Made by a program: the position numbers and the translations under genes. DNA of 25,758 nt from a virus (Duplodnaviria; Caudoviricetes), in IMG/VR virus record IMGVR_UViG_3300005805_000430, positions 1-25,758 of that record; one strand, written 5' to 3'. The number at the start of each line of letters is the position of its first letter. Position 1 is the first letter of the stretch. Below the pieces are notes generated by a model that did no database searches, had not been told where the DNA came from, and saw only the letters and a program-made list of their open reading frames with translations. Shown piece by piece: positions 8,311 to 16,342 of the stretch.

Positions 8311-10017
8311 TTACCAGGCTTCTATGGCCTGATCGGCTTGTTCATTGGCCGAAATAGCCTTCCATTGAGCAATTGCCTGTATTGAGGCTATAATCCCAGA
8401 GGTATATCCTTGCATCCGCTGCACTCGAATATCCCCATCCTTAGACCGAGATACCTGGCTATTCATATTCATCCATCCAAGGACTGGATTATTGAAATGC
8501 TCTATGCAATTAGACCGTAAAAGTTCCTCAAAAGCCATCGTAGGAGTGCTTTGAGACCTGTATCCTTGGCTTATAGGATTACAATTGATGCCAGCACGCA
8601 CTAAAGATTGTACAATATCATGGTTTTGCAAGGTCAAATTAAATGAAACACTGTTCACATTATGCCTTGACAAAAACTCAATGATTTTCCCATATGCCCA
8701 ATCATTGTCTACCACGTTTCCTTCACAAACCGCAATCAGGCCTTCATCAGCCCACGATTCAAAGTCCATTCGTGCATTTATGTTACGGATTGCATCTCTT
8801 GGCATCCAAAACAGCGGTAAAACTGCGTGCTTTTCGCCTCTGAAATGAGGAAAAAATAAACTTATAGAGTTAATTGATAGGCCACTAACGAGGTCAAGTC
8901 CAGCAAAGCATTCAACACCGGCAAGGTGCGATAGGTTATATCCATGACTATTGGCTTGCCAAACCTCATTAGGAATCCAAATTTCAGGAGTTTCGCACCA
9001 TTCGTTGAAGTTTAAAGTCCGAACATCAACCATCTTTGATCCACCTTCATTCTTTGCGGAATTGTAGCGACTGCGCAAGAATTCAGGAAACACGCTGATT
9101 CCAAGGTTTGGATTACATTTCATCCATATATCCTCATTGCCAATATCATCTCCTTTGTCCAATTCAAAAATTATAGGCAAATAGTTATCATCGGTAGATA
9201 CACCTTCCAATATCTCAATTCCGGTCTTCCTCAATTGCTGGAAACAAGGCCCATTCTTCTTAAATCCTGCGGTGGTAATGCAGAATATCAATGGCTCCTG
9301 TCGTGCCGCCTGGCCTGATTCTAATGCGTTTAAAAGACCGTCTGTATCGGCCATAGCATACTCGTCAATTACACCTAAAGATGGATTAAATCCATGCTTA
9401 CCACCGGCAGCAGCACTGGTGGTGCTTTGCGCTTCTTTTGACAATGCCTTGATAAAGCCATCACGGCCTTTGTGGACAATGTTTACAATGTTTTCCTTAT
9501 ACTTAAATAGGCTGATGTCACCATCCTCCACAAACTGATAAAGTGCAGGAGATTGCTCTATAAGTTTACCGGAAATATTTACGCAGATTTTAGCCTGATC
9601 CTCATTATTGGCTCCTACAAATATTTTCGGAGTCTGAACACGGCCATCAGCAAATAGATGGTAGTTATTCAATACACCGGCAATTGTTGTTTTGCCGTTC
9701 TTCTTTGCTACCTGGACATATACTCGTCTTATCCTTCTAAGCTTGGTTTCCGTATAAAACCATCCATATATCTGCTGAAAGATAAAGGCCATCCAAGGCA
9801 TAACAGAAACTGGCTGACCTCTCCATTTGTCCTCCCAAAGGCAACAATACCTCTCTGCGAAATTGACAATCTTATTGGCCTCCTTCTCATCAAAATAGAG
9901 GTCATCACGTTCAAGGTCTTTTAAGAACCTCTTAGCGGCCAGTTTAATGAAATGACCGGTCTTAGTCTCATTGGCCGGATCAAGTACCCAATGGGCATAT
10001 TGCTCCGCTCTCGTCAT
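8311..10017 (-). CDS. terL: Terminase large subunit
   Basis: VAKKNGKT Walker A, GVIDEY Walker B, ITTAG motif C, nuclease region GLDL. Confidence 0.97.
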   Translation of the reverse strand: MTRAEQYAHWVLDPANETKTGHFIKLAAKRFLKDLERDDLYFDEKEANKIVNFAERYCCLWEDKWRGQPVSVMPWMAFIFQQIYGWFYTETKLRRIRRVYVQVAKKNGKTTIAGVLNNYHLFADGRVQTPKIFVGANNEDQAKICVNISGKLIEQSPALYQFVEDGDISLFKYKENIVNIVHKGRDGFIKALSKEAQSTTSAAAGGKHGFNPSLGVIDEYAMADTDGLLNALESGQAARQEPLIFCITTAGFKKNGPCFQQLRKTGIEILEGVSTDDNYLPIIFELDKGDDIGNEDIWMKCNPNLGISVFPEFLRSRYNSAKNEGGSKMVDVRTLNFNEWCETPEIWIPNEVWQANSHGYNLSHLAGVECFAGLDLVSGLSINSISLFFPHFRGEKHAVLPLFWMPRDAIRNINARMDFESWADEGLIAVCEGNVVDNDWAYGKIIEFLSRHNVNSVSFNLTLQNHDIVQSLVRAGINCNPISQGYRSQSTPTMAFEELLRSNCIEHFNNPVLGWMNMNSQVSRSKDGDIRVQRMQGYTSGIIASIQAIAQWKAISANEQADQAIEAW

Positions 10018-10382
10018 TCAAGGTTAAAGCCTTTGGAACGGATTTCTGAAGGCTTTTTCATATTAAATATTTTGCTTCTGTCACCTGGATTCATGCCGAA
10101 CTTAGGCGAATGCTTTAGGATGTTCTGGTAGGCAGTTTTCATCACTGTAAACTCAGGCCGAATCTGCGAATATCCATTATTACTGCCTGTTTTAAAGCTG
10201 TAACCATGCTCTTGGCAAAATTCCATATTTGAGAAATAGAGATCATATTCGTTTGCCAGCATGGCAATTTCGATGTTATCTATTTCCTCTATGCCAATTT
10301 GGGAAACATGCGTTTTTATCCAAAAATAGTACTGTTTTCCTCGCTCTGAGAGAAAACCTTCAAATTCGCTTAATTTAGCCAT
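10014..10382 (-). CDS. terS: Terminase small subunit, P27 family (start revised to MAKLSEF, 122 aa)
   Basis: QIRPEFTVMK...FGMNPGDRSKI motif; ATGA overlap with terL. Confidence 0.88.
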   Translation of the reverse strand: MAKLSEFEGFLSERGKQYYFWIKTHVSQIGIEEIDNIEIAMLANEYDLYFSNMEFCQEHGYSFKTGSNNGYSQIRPEFTVMKTAYQNILKHSPKFGMNPGDRSKIFNMKKPSEIRSKGFNLE

Positions 10383-10523
10383 TTTTACCCCCCTTGTCTG
10401 TCCCATAACGAGAAAAAATAAGCCGAAGCGCGGTCTCGGAGCCTTTCCGAACAAGTGTTAGCCTACCCCACTTCCCAGGTTGGGATTCTTCCATTTTTGA
10501 GACTGTCATCCAGGTTTGCATAT

Positions 10524-10549
10524 TAACTAACGTTAGTTAGGCAAAGATA
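10524..10549 (-). promoter_or_regulatory. Putative terS promoter -7 box (TATCTTTG) with adjacent palindromic operator
   Basis: TATCTTTG on minus at 10549-10542; perfect palindrome TAACTAACGTTAGTTA at 10524-10539. Confidence 0.6.
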
Positions 10550-10588
10550 GCATGGTTTGACCTGGTCATGATCTGATCCGGATCACTT

Positions 10589-10596
10589 TATTTTTG
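10589..10596 (+). promoter_or_regulatory. Putative -7 box (TATTTTTG) for the GP88-like cassette
   Basis: TAnnTTTG upstream of the ATG at 10669, divergent from the terS box. Confidence 0.5.
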
Positions 10597-10668
10597 CGCT
10601 CTATTATTATGCGAAAAAAAAGACCTTTAAAAAGGTCATCCAATTAGATATATAACTAAATTGGAACC

Positions 10669-11481
10669 ATGAAATACCCAAATAAATCAGCCCAACAGTC
10701 ACAAGGTGGCAAGCCGGCTAAATTTCCGTTTTCCTATATCGGATCAGTTAACAGCAGTTCCAAAATCGCCAAAGGTGAAAAGTACGGCATTGATACTTTC
10801 ATCGTCTATTTAGCACCTTGGAAGGCTTCAGGCTTTAACACCTGCGCAGGTGCGACAGCTGAGTGTATAGCCGGATGCCTTAATACGTCCGGTCAATCAA
10901 TCATGGCTTACGACAAAATACAAGGCAGTCGGATACTGAAGACTCAAGCCTTTTTTAATAACCGCGAGCAATTTTGCGCTCAGCTGTTTAAAGAAATCAC
11001 GGCAGCGAAAAAAGCTGCAGCAAAGAAAGGCCACAAATTCACAGTTCGGATAAATGGCACATCCGATCTATCGCCCGAATTATTCAAAGTTAATGGCGTT
11101 AATATCCTGCAGTATTTTTCCGATGTTCAATTTTATGATTACACCAAAATATTCAACCGTTCGAGGTTATTAGATAAGTATAAAAATTACCAATTGACGT
11201 TTAGTTTTAATGGCCATAATTGGACCGACTGCGAAGAAAGATTAAAAGCCGGTCAAAACGTTAGTGCAGTTTTCAATATTAAACGAGGTAAACCGCTTCC
11301 GGAATTTTGGGCTGGTTTTCCTGTTATTGACGGTGACGTTACCGACTATAGACCTGAGGACGGTTCCGGCGTTATTGTCGGTTTAAGGTTTAAGAGAATA
11401 AAGGACAGCGCAAAAATGGCCGAAGCTATCCGTTCTGCTTTTGTTTTGAAAGTTGAAAAAACCGAAACCGTAAAAGCTTAA
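10669..11481 (+). CDS. GP88-like protein with a three-Cys cluster
   Basis: YLAP..SGFNTCAGATAECIAGCLNTSG, VRINGTSDL, QFYDYTK, IDGDVTDYR...IVGLRFK; recalled as phage gene product 88 family motifs. Confidence 0.75.
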   Translation: MKYPNKSAQQSQGGKPAKFPFSYIGSVNSSSKIAKGEKYGIDTFIVYLAPWKASGFNTCAGATAECIAGCLNTSGQSIMAYDKIQGSRILKTQAFFNNREQFCAQLFKEITAAKKAAAKKGHKFTVRINGTSDLSPELFKVNGVNILQYFSDVQFYDYTKIFNRSRLLDKYKNYQLTFSFNGHNWTDCEERLKAGQNVSAVFNIKRGKPLPEFWAGFPVIDGDVTDYRPEDGSGVIVGLRFKRIKDSAKMAEAIRSAFVLKVEKTETVKA

Positions 11482-11484
11482 AAA

Positions 11485-11673
11485 ATGGATAAGCAAGTTT
11501 TTAAACCTTTGGATAAGGTTAAACCATTAAACAAAAATTTTGGCAGCTTATCCGGTCTGGTTTTATGTTATGTTTCAATTGATGGCGAGGAATTGCAGTT
11601 AGTGCGCATCCTTTGGAATAGAAAAACAAGTTTTCCGGCTGTCGTTCCTGTTGAATTTTTAAAGCTCGTTTAA
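11485..11673 (+). CDS. Hypothetical protein, 62 aa (small beta-rich domain)
   Basis: Starts 3 nt after the GP88-like stop, with an A-rich leader. Confidence 0.6.
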   Translation: MDKQVFKPLDKVKPLNKNFGSLSGLVLCYVSIDGEELQLVRILWNRKTSFPAVVPVEFLKLV

Positions 11674-11768
11674 TGTTTAAAATCCTTTTTTGGCAGTCTG
11701 TCGGTGAAATTATTCCAGCACTGATTTTTTTCCTTTTGGCTGCAATAGTTACCAGAAAGAAAAAATAA
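11673..11768 (+). CDS. Small membrane peptide, 31 aa
   Basis: Not in ORF track. MFKILFWQSVGEIIPALIFFLLAAIVTRKKK; TAATG coupling to the upstream gene; hydrophobic helix plus basic tail. Confidence 0.55.
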   Translation: MFKILFWQSVGEIIPALIFFLLAAIVTRKKK

Positions 11769-11826
11769 CCTTTTAGACCTATGCAAAAATCCGGACCATA
11801 GGCCAGGCCAAACCATAACGCCAAAA

Positions 11827-11988
11827 CTAACAAGCGTTAGGCTTACCTAACGACCATTAGGTTATTTTACCTAACAGTCATTAGGCTAACACACGTTAGG
11901 CCGTCCTAACAAGCGTTAGGCTAACGTATGTTTGTACGCATATGCTAACAAACGTTAGGTAGTATACTATTGCCTACCGAACGTTAGG
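11827..11988. repeat. Array of palindromic (C)CTAAC-N4-RTTAGG sites
   Basis: Copies start at 11827, 11846, 11870, 11886, 11905, 11945 and 11973 (degenerate), with a half site at 11921. Confidence 0.9.
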
Positions 11989-12064
11989 TAGGTAACATCT
12001 CAAGGCCTTTGCAAGTATGCAAGTATGCATTTTATTTTATTTGGCATTTGAAAATATGCCAGCG

Positions 12065-12425
12065 CTGAAATTTTAAAAAAATTAGCGTAAAATTTATTCT
12101 GTAAATAATATTCTAAAATTATCCCAGAATTGTGACCAAAAATGGCTTAGAATATTGCTGAACATATCTCAGGAATTTACTGGCAATTATTGCTGAGAAT
12201 TTGCCTGAATTTTAATCAGAATTTTTGCAGGAATTATCCTGAGTTTTTTCCAGACTATTTTCCGATAATTTTTCCCTGATTTGTACGGATAATTTCCGGT
12301 GAATTTTCGCAGGAAATTGGCTGAGATTTTCCGGATAAATTAGTAGATAATTCTTGGCAGTATTTTCCAACAATTCCAAAAACCATTTTTTCAAAAGTAT
12401 CCTTTCTCTTTTCCAGCATTTTTTG
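12065..12425. repeat. Degenerate ~11-12 bp periodic AATT/T-tract array
   Basis: Units such as CAGGAATTTAC, CTGAGAATTTG, CAGAATTTTTG, CAGGAATTATC, CGGATAATTTC recur roughly every helical turn. Confidence 0.7.
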
Positions 12426-12434
12426 AAATCGGAA

Positions 12435-12755
12435 TCATTTTCTGATTTTTCCTTCTTCGGCAGACTTTACAGCATGATGATGCTCACATAGGCCTTGCAG
12501 ATTGCTCATATCCGTTCTGGAGCCTCCATCCTTGATCCGTATGATGTGGTCAACCACATACATGGCGTTTACCTTACCTTCCTTATAGCACTCAATACAT
12601 AGGTGATTCGGAACATCTCTTCCATCAGGAAGTTTGGTGGTGCCAAGTTTAAAGGATTGCCTTATTCGCTTCCAACTTGCTGAATTGTAGAAAGGATCAG
12701 GATTGGACCGCTTGCCAGGTTTCACCCAAGGCAGCTTAGTTCCTTTAATGTTCAT
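12435..12755 (-). CDS. HNH endonuclease, HK97 gp74-like packaging cofactor
   Basis: FYNSASWKRIR, CIEC, VVDHIIRIKDGG, NLQGLCEHHHAVKS. Confidence 0.92.
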   Translation of the reverse strand: MNIKGTKLPWVKPGKRSNPDPFYNSASWKRIRQSFKLGTTKLPDGRDVPNHLCIECYKEGKVNAMYVVDHIIRIKDGGSRTDMSNLQGLCEHHHAVKSAEEGKIRK

Positions 12756-14359
12756 TTGATTATATGCTTATGTTCAACATACCAATAATAAAAGCCCATA
12801 ACTGAATTGGCCAGGTAGTTCTTATCTCTCGGTGATGGTGTGCCTTTTATATCGTCCATCCAACCTTCGGATATCGCCCATAGCATTGACTTCTCTATGG
12901 CCTGATCCATTCCTTTAGGCTTATAATGCAAGCTAAATCCTTGCTTCGGCCTGTCAGTGAAGCCATGACTGAATCCGAGTTTGTGGAGCATTGCTTTAAG
13001 TATAGACTTATTGCCATTCTTCCTATGCTCAAGTTCTGGTATAGCTAATGCTGCTTCTACGAGTTTGTGGTTGAGGAATGGACTGCGGACTTCAAGGCCG
13101 TGGCACATGGAAGCAAAGTCCAATGTCCTGTTAAGGTCATATTGGATAAAGATATCCAGTTCTGTAAGCCGTGATGAGTTCGGTGAGCGGTGCCGTTCAA
13201 GTTCAGCATGAGAGAATATTGATCCTCTCATCATGTGGTTGTTCTGCGCTACCGACCGCCTTTGCGTATCATTGTGTATCCTATCGTATCCAAAGAACAA
13301 TTCATCGGCTCCATTGGCGATGACTGCCACCTTGGTGTATTTCCTTGCCTCTTTTGCTGTAATCCACGGTATAGGTCCGGCCATTGTTGGCTCTCCTGAT
13401 TTGGTCACATAGTCTTTAAGTATTTCATCTATGTGATAATCGGCTGGGGTAGATTCTAATAAGTTTATATGGAAATGGTCCGCTACTTGTTTTGCGTATT
13501 CGGTCTCTGGGCTGGCAAGATGAATGGCAGTGCCACCGGCAAACCTGGATGCCACCAGTGATGAATCTATGCCTCCGGAGAGAAAGATGCAGACAGGTAC
13601 ATCAGATACCTTCATTTCATCTATCGCCTCATATACAAGCGTTTCAATATCCTTTTTACCAGCTCTTGGTGCAGGTGTATACCATCGGTGCTTTTGGATG
13701 CGACCTGAAGGACAATGGTAGGTTACCATTTGGCCAGCAGTAAGCTTCTTGATGCCTTGCATAATCTGATTCTCACCGATCACACCTCCGAGCATCCAAT
13801 ATGTCCGCAGTGCATTGTGGTCTATCTTCCAATTGAGTTGACATCCATAGAGGACCGCAGGAGTGCTGGCGAAATGGAAAGTAAAGCCTGTGTGGTAATA
13901 GTATAAAGGCTTTTGATTGAAATGGTCGGTGACCAGCGTAATAGTATCATTTCGGCTGTCGTGGAGCGCAAGTGCAAACATTCCGGATACATCATTGAGC
14001 GCTTTGTTAAGGCCGAACTTAGATATATATCTTATTAAGGTATGCGCATCATTGTATTCATCTGTCTTGCCAAGGTCATCGGCAGCGGACAGATATGACC
14101 TGAGATATTTATAGTTATAAATTTCTCCATTAAAGGTTAGCGTAAATGGGCCGTATTTGATTGGTTGTTTACCATTATCCGATAAGTCAATAATTGACAA
14201 TCGGTTGTGACCGAATCCGGCAGTATAATGGTCATTTTTATATTGCTGATATGTTGATCCATCAGGACCACGGTCAGCCTGATGCTTCATTCCATTGAGC
14301 ATCCAGGCATGACTGCTCGGAATGTCATTAGGAGTACAATAGCCGATTATTCCACACAT
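12752..14359 (-). CDS. Asparagine synthase-like glutamine amidotransferase (AsnB family)
   Basis: N-terminal MCGI Ntn cysteine, RGPD, HNRLSIID, FNGEIYN, LSGGIDSS PP-loop, GADELFFGY, GLEVRSPFL. Confidence 0.93.
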   Translation of the reverse strand: MCGIIGYCTPNDIPSSHAWMLNGMKHQADRGPDGSTYQQYKNDHYTAGFGHNRLSIIDLSDNGKQPIKYGPFTLTFNGEIYNYKYLRSYLSAADDLGKTDEYNDAHTLIRYISKFGLNKALNDVSGMFALALHDSRNDTITLVTDHFNQKPLYYYHTGFTFHFASTPAVLYGCQLNWKIDHNALRTYWMLGGVIGENQIMQGIKKLTAGQMVTYHCPSGRIQKHRWYTPAPRAGKKDIETLVYEAIDEMKVSDVPVCIFLSGGIDSSLVASRFAGGTAIHLASPETEYAKQVADHFHINLLESTPADYHIDEILKDYVTKSGEPTMAGPIPWITAKEARKYTKVAVIANGADELFFGYDRIHNDTQRRSVAQNNHMMRGSIFSHAELERHRSPNSSRLTELDIFIQYDLNRTLDFASMCHGLEVRSPFLNHKLVEAALAIPELEHRKNGNKSILKAMLHKLGFSHGFTDRPKQGFSLHYKPKGMDQAIEKSMLWAISEGWMDDIKGTPSPRDKNYLANSVMGFYYWYVEHKHIIK

Positions 14360-14994
14360 ACGATAGATAGGTTTTTATGATTTGGGTCAAAAGGATTCAT
14401 CATTTTCCAATCGCCTTTGATGGCTGTTATTTCCATTCCGGCTTTTTGGATATCTCTGATCATTATTGCTCTTGCTCCTATCTTAACAACCTGATTCCAT
14501 CCGTAATCATCAAGTTGCCTATCCTTCGGCTGAAATAACTTCCATTGGATGCGATCCAACAGTTGTGCAGAATAAACACGGCCACCTCCCAATGGCATCA
14601 CTGGCTTATAATCTATAAGATATCGTTTATCATTATGTTTTACCCAATATCTTTTTAAGCCAATAAAATGATATCCTTCCTGAAGATATTTTAATGCGTT
14701 AGGAATAAATTGCTTATTCAAGGTATCATCGCTTCCAAGTATAATTACCGGATTTGCTCCTATTCTTCTTGCGTAAGTAACTCCATGTTGCCACTTGGAT
14801 CCAAGCGGATAGTTGGTGAATTTAAGGACATGAAGTTTGCTCTCTCCTGCTGAACGGAAGGTATGGAATTCATTTAATTCACTTACAACAAGTACAATCT
14901 GTATGTCCTGATTGTCTGCCAGCAATTGCTTTATGAGTTGATTGGTAATTTCAACTCTGTGATGTGTGGCAATGACAATTGTAGGCCTATACAT
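14347..14994 (-). CDS. GT-A-fold (GT2-like) glycosyltransferase
   Basis: TIVIATHHR start, NYPLGSKWQHG, ILGSDD, PLGGGR, RQLDD. Confidence 0.75.
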   Translation of the reverse strand: MYRPTIVIATHHRVEITNQLIKQLLADNQDIQIVLVVSELNEFHTFRSAGESKLHVLKFTNYPLGSKWQHGVTYARRIGANPVIILGSDDTLNKQFIPNALKYLQEGYHFIGLKRYWVKHNDKRYLIDYKPVMPLGGGRVYSAQLLDRIQWKLFQPKDRQLDDYGWNQVVKIGARAIMIRDIQKAGMEITAIKGDWKMMNPFDPNHKNLSIVCVE

Positions 14995-15295
14995 GAAGAT
15001 ATATAAGTAAATCGTTGATATTTTTTACAATCAGATAATCACCACCGGATTTCTGTACCTCTTTTTCAATGGCTTTCTGATAAGGACTTTGCCGGTCCTT
15101 ACCATATTTAATTTCAATCATAAGAAACTTGCCATCCACACAAGCGATTATATCGCCTATACCACGTTTTACCTTTGACTTGATCCATCGGCCTCTGGTC
15201 GGATGATATTGTCCCTGAGACTGAATACGAGAGCAGAAATAGCCTTTTAATTCAAGGTAATGAATTACCTCATTGGTAAGCCTATTGGTATTCGT
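14987..15295 (-). CDS. VRR-NUC / Holliday junction resolvase-like PD-(D/E)XK nuclease (start uncertain)
   Basis: GIGDIIACVDGKFLMIEIKYGKDRQSPYQK motif. The domain-like portion begins at an ACG codon (15295). Confidence 0.8.
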   Translation of the reverse strand, partial: TNTNRLTNEVIHYLELKGYFCSRIQSQGQYHPTRGRWIKSKVKRGIGDIIACVDGKFLMIEIKYGKDRQSPYQKAIEKEVQKSGGDYLIVKNINDLLIYLHV

Positions 15296-15881
15296 GGTAG
15301 AAGGCCTTGACTTTGAAGGCTTCGCAGTAGCTGTAGGTAGGACTTTGGCTGCTGTAGTACGTTGAGTTGATCCTGATAGTGTTTTCATCCATATAGGGAC
15401 GGTATTTTTGGCTTTCATATTGTTCTAATGCCTCTACTTTTAAATCAACATGGCTTCGCTTCAAAGGAACGTAATAATTGACATCCAAATTACCATTCCA
15501 AGGTGCCATATAGGTTAATATGGTAGTGAACTTGAAAGCACGCATAGTCTCCTGGCCAACGACCTGATGGTCTTGATGTAGGTCACTCGGATCATGCGTA
15601 ACCACCACATCAGGCTGGTAATAGGTTTTGAATTGGATAAGGTCATCCAATACTTTTTGCCGGTAATAACTGATTGTTCTGTTGTCATAGGTGTTGACTA
15701 TATATGTTTTGACTCCCAGCAGGTCCATTGACCTTGTATGCTCTTGAAGAAGGTTGAGTTTGTTGCAATAACTGAAAGTATAGCATCTTACCTCATGGCC
15801 TTCTTCAATGAGTTTATAAATGAATCCACCGCATGAAAGTTCTATGTCATCGGTGTGCGCACCTATGAACAGGTAGTTCAT
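15282..15881 (-). CDS. PIG-L/LmbE family N-deacetylase
   Basis: GAHTDDIELSCGG, THDPSDLHQDH, YESQ, EAF motifs. Confidence 0.92.
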   Translation of the reverse strand: MNYLFIGAHTDDIELSCGGFIYKLIEEGHEVRCYTFSYCNKLNLLQEHTRSMDLLGVKTYIVNTYDNRTISYYRQKVLDDLIQFKTYYQPDVVVTHDPSDLHQDHQVVGQETMRAFKFTTILTYMAPWNGNLDVNYYVPLKRSHVDLKVEALEQYESQKYRPYMDENTIRINSTYYSSQSPTYSYCEAFKVKAFYHEYQ

Positions 15882-16093
15882 CAGAATGGCATATCTTCCT
15901 TTTTGGCAAAAGGCTTGATGCTGTATTTCTCTGGAGTATCCTTGCGTGGTGAGGCGATGACCGCACGGAATCCGTCCTTGTTAGCCTCCAGTGCTTTTAG
16001 GTTGGTTAGGCCTTCTTCAGTAAACGACAGGACAAAGAACTCTCCGTACTTGCCTGTCTTACGTTTCATAAATACTCCTTTAATGTAATCCAT
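15881..16093 (-). CDS. Hypothetical protein with SSB-like acidic tail (EDMPF)
   Basis: 70 aa, beta-rich, ends in DMPF. Confidence 0.6.
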   Translation of the reverse strand: MDYIKGVFMKRKTGKYGEFFVLSFTEEGLTNLKALEANKDGFRAVIASPRKDTPEKYSIKPFAKKEDMPF

Positions 16094-16102
16094 ATTAATT
16101 TA

Positions 16103-16189
16103 TTAATTGATTGCGAAAAATATCATTGTAAAAACGAACATCACAAGTAAAAACTTGAGAAACAGTTCAATCCAATCCTCTCTTTGCAT
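16103..16189 (-). CDS. Small membrane peptide, 28 aa (MQREDWIELFLKFLLVMFVFTMIFFAIN)
   Basis: ATG preceded by AAACAAACCAA; single hydrophobic helix. Confidence 0.45.
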   Translation of the reverse strand: MQREDWIELFLKFLLVMFVFTMIFFAIN

Positions 16190-16340
16190 TTGGTTTGTTT
16201 TTTTGTTTAGGTCTATTAAGCCATGCATCATAACATATGGCCGATGCCTGTTGTGGTGAATATTCGTTGCCGATAACGAGCATACATTCACGCATGAACT
16301 CATTTTCGGTCTGATTTGGTCGTGGACGTGGAATTGGCAT
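16167..16340 (-). CDS. Small phage protein, 57 aa (MPIPRP...FMRECM...QASAICYDAW)
   Basis: Not in ORF track. ATG 2 nt after the acyltransferase stop; the motif is one I recall from small phage head-associated domains. Confidence 0.7.
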   Translation of the reverse strand: MPIPRPRPNQTENEFMRECMLVIGNEYSPQQASAICYDAWLNRPKQKNKPNAKRGLD

Positions 16341-16342
16341 GA

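Noticed and set aside
10383-10454. N-terminal extension of terS in the ORF track
   Set aside because: Non-ATG start and atypical sequence; the ATG at 10382 with an A-rich leader fits a P27 terS better.
11827-11988. Palindrome array as a CRISPR array or integron attC sites (the arms resemble RYYYAAC/GTTRRRY)
   Set aside because: Units are 15-16 bp with short irregular gaps and 4-bp cores, too small for CRISPR repeat-spacers or attC. No cas or integrase gene is in the window.
12010-12029. TGCAAGTA tandem repeat, 2.5 copies
   Set aside because: Too short to interpret on its own; I could not identify the actual cos sequence.
12212-12394. 60-aa ORF within the periodic AT-tract region
   Set aside because: Low-complexity translation of the DNA periodicity, which extends beyond the ORF on both sides. 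It cannot be fully excluded.
12752-14359. AsnB as an auxiliary metabolic gene for asparagine synthesis
   Set aside because: Not preferred: the overlap with a glycosyltransferase and the neighbouring sugar-modifying enzymes fit a glycan amidotransferase better.
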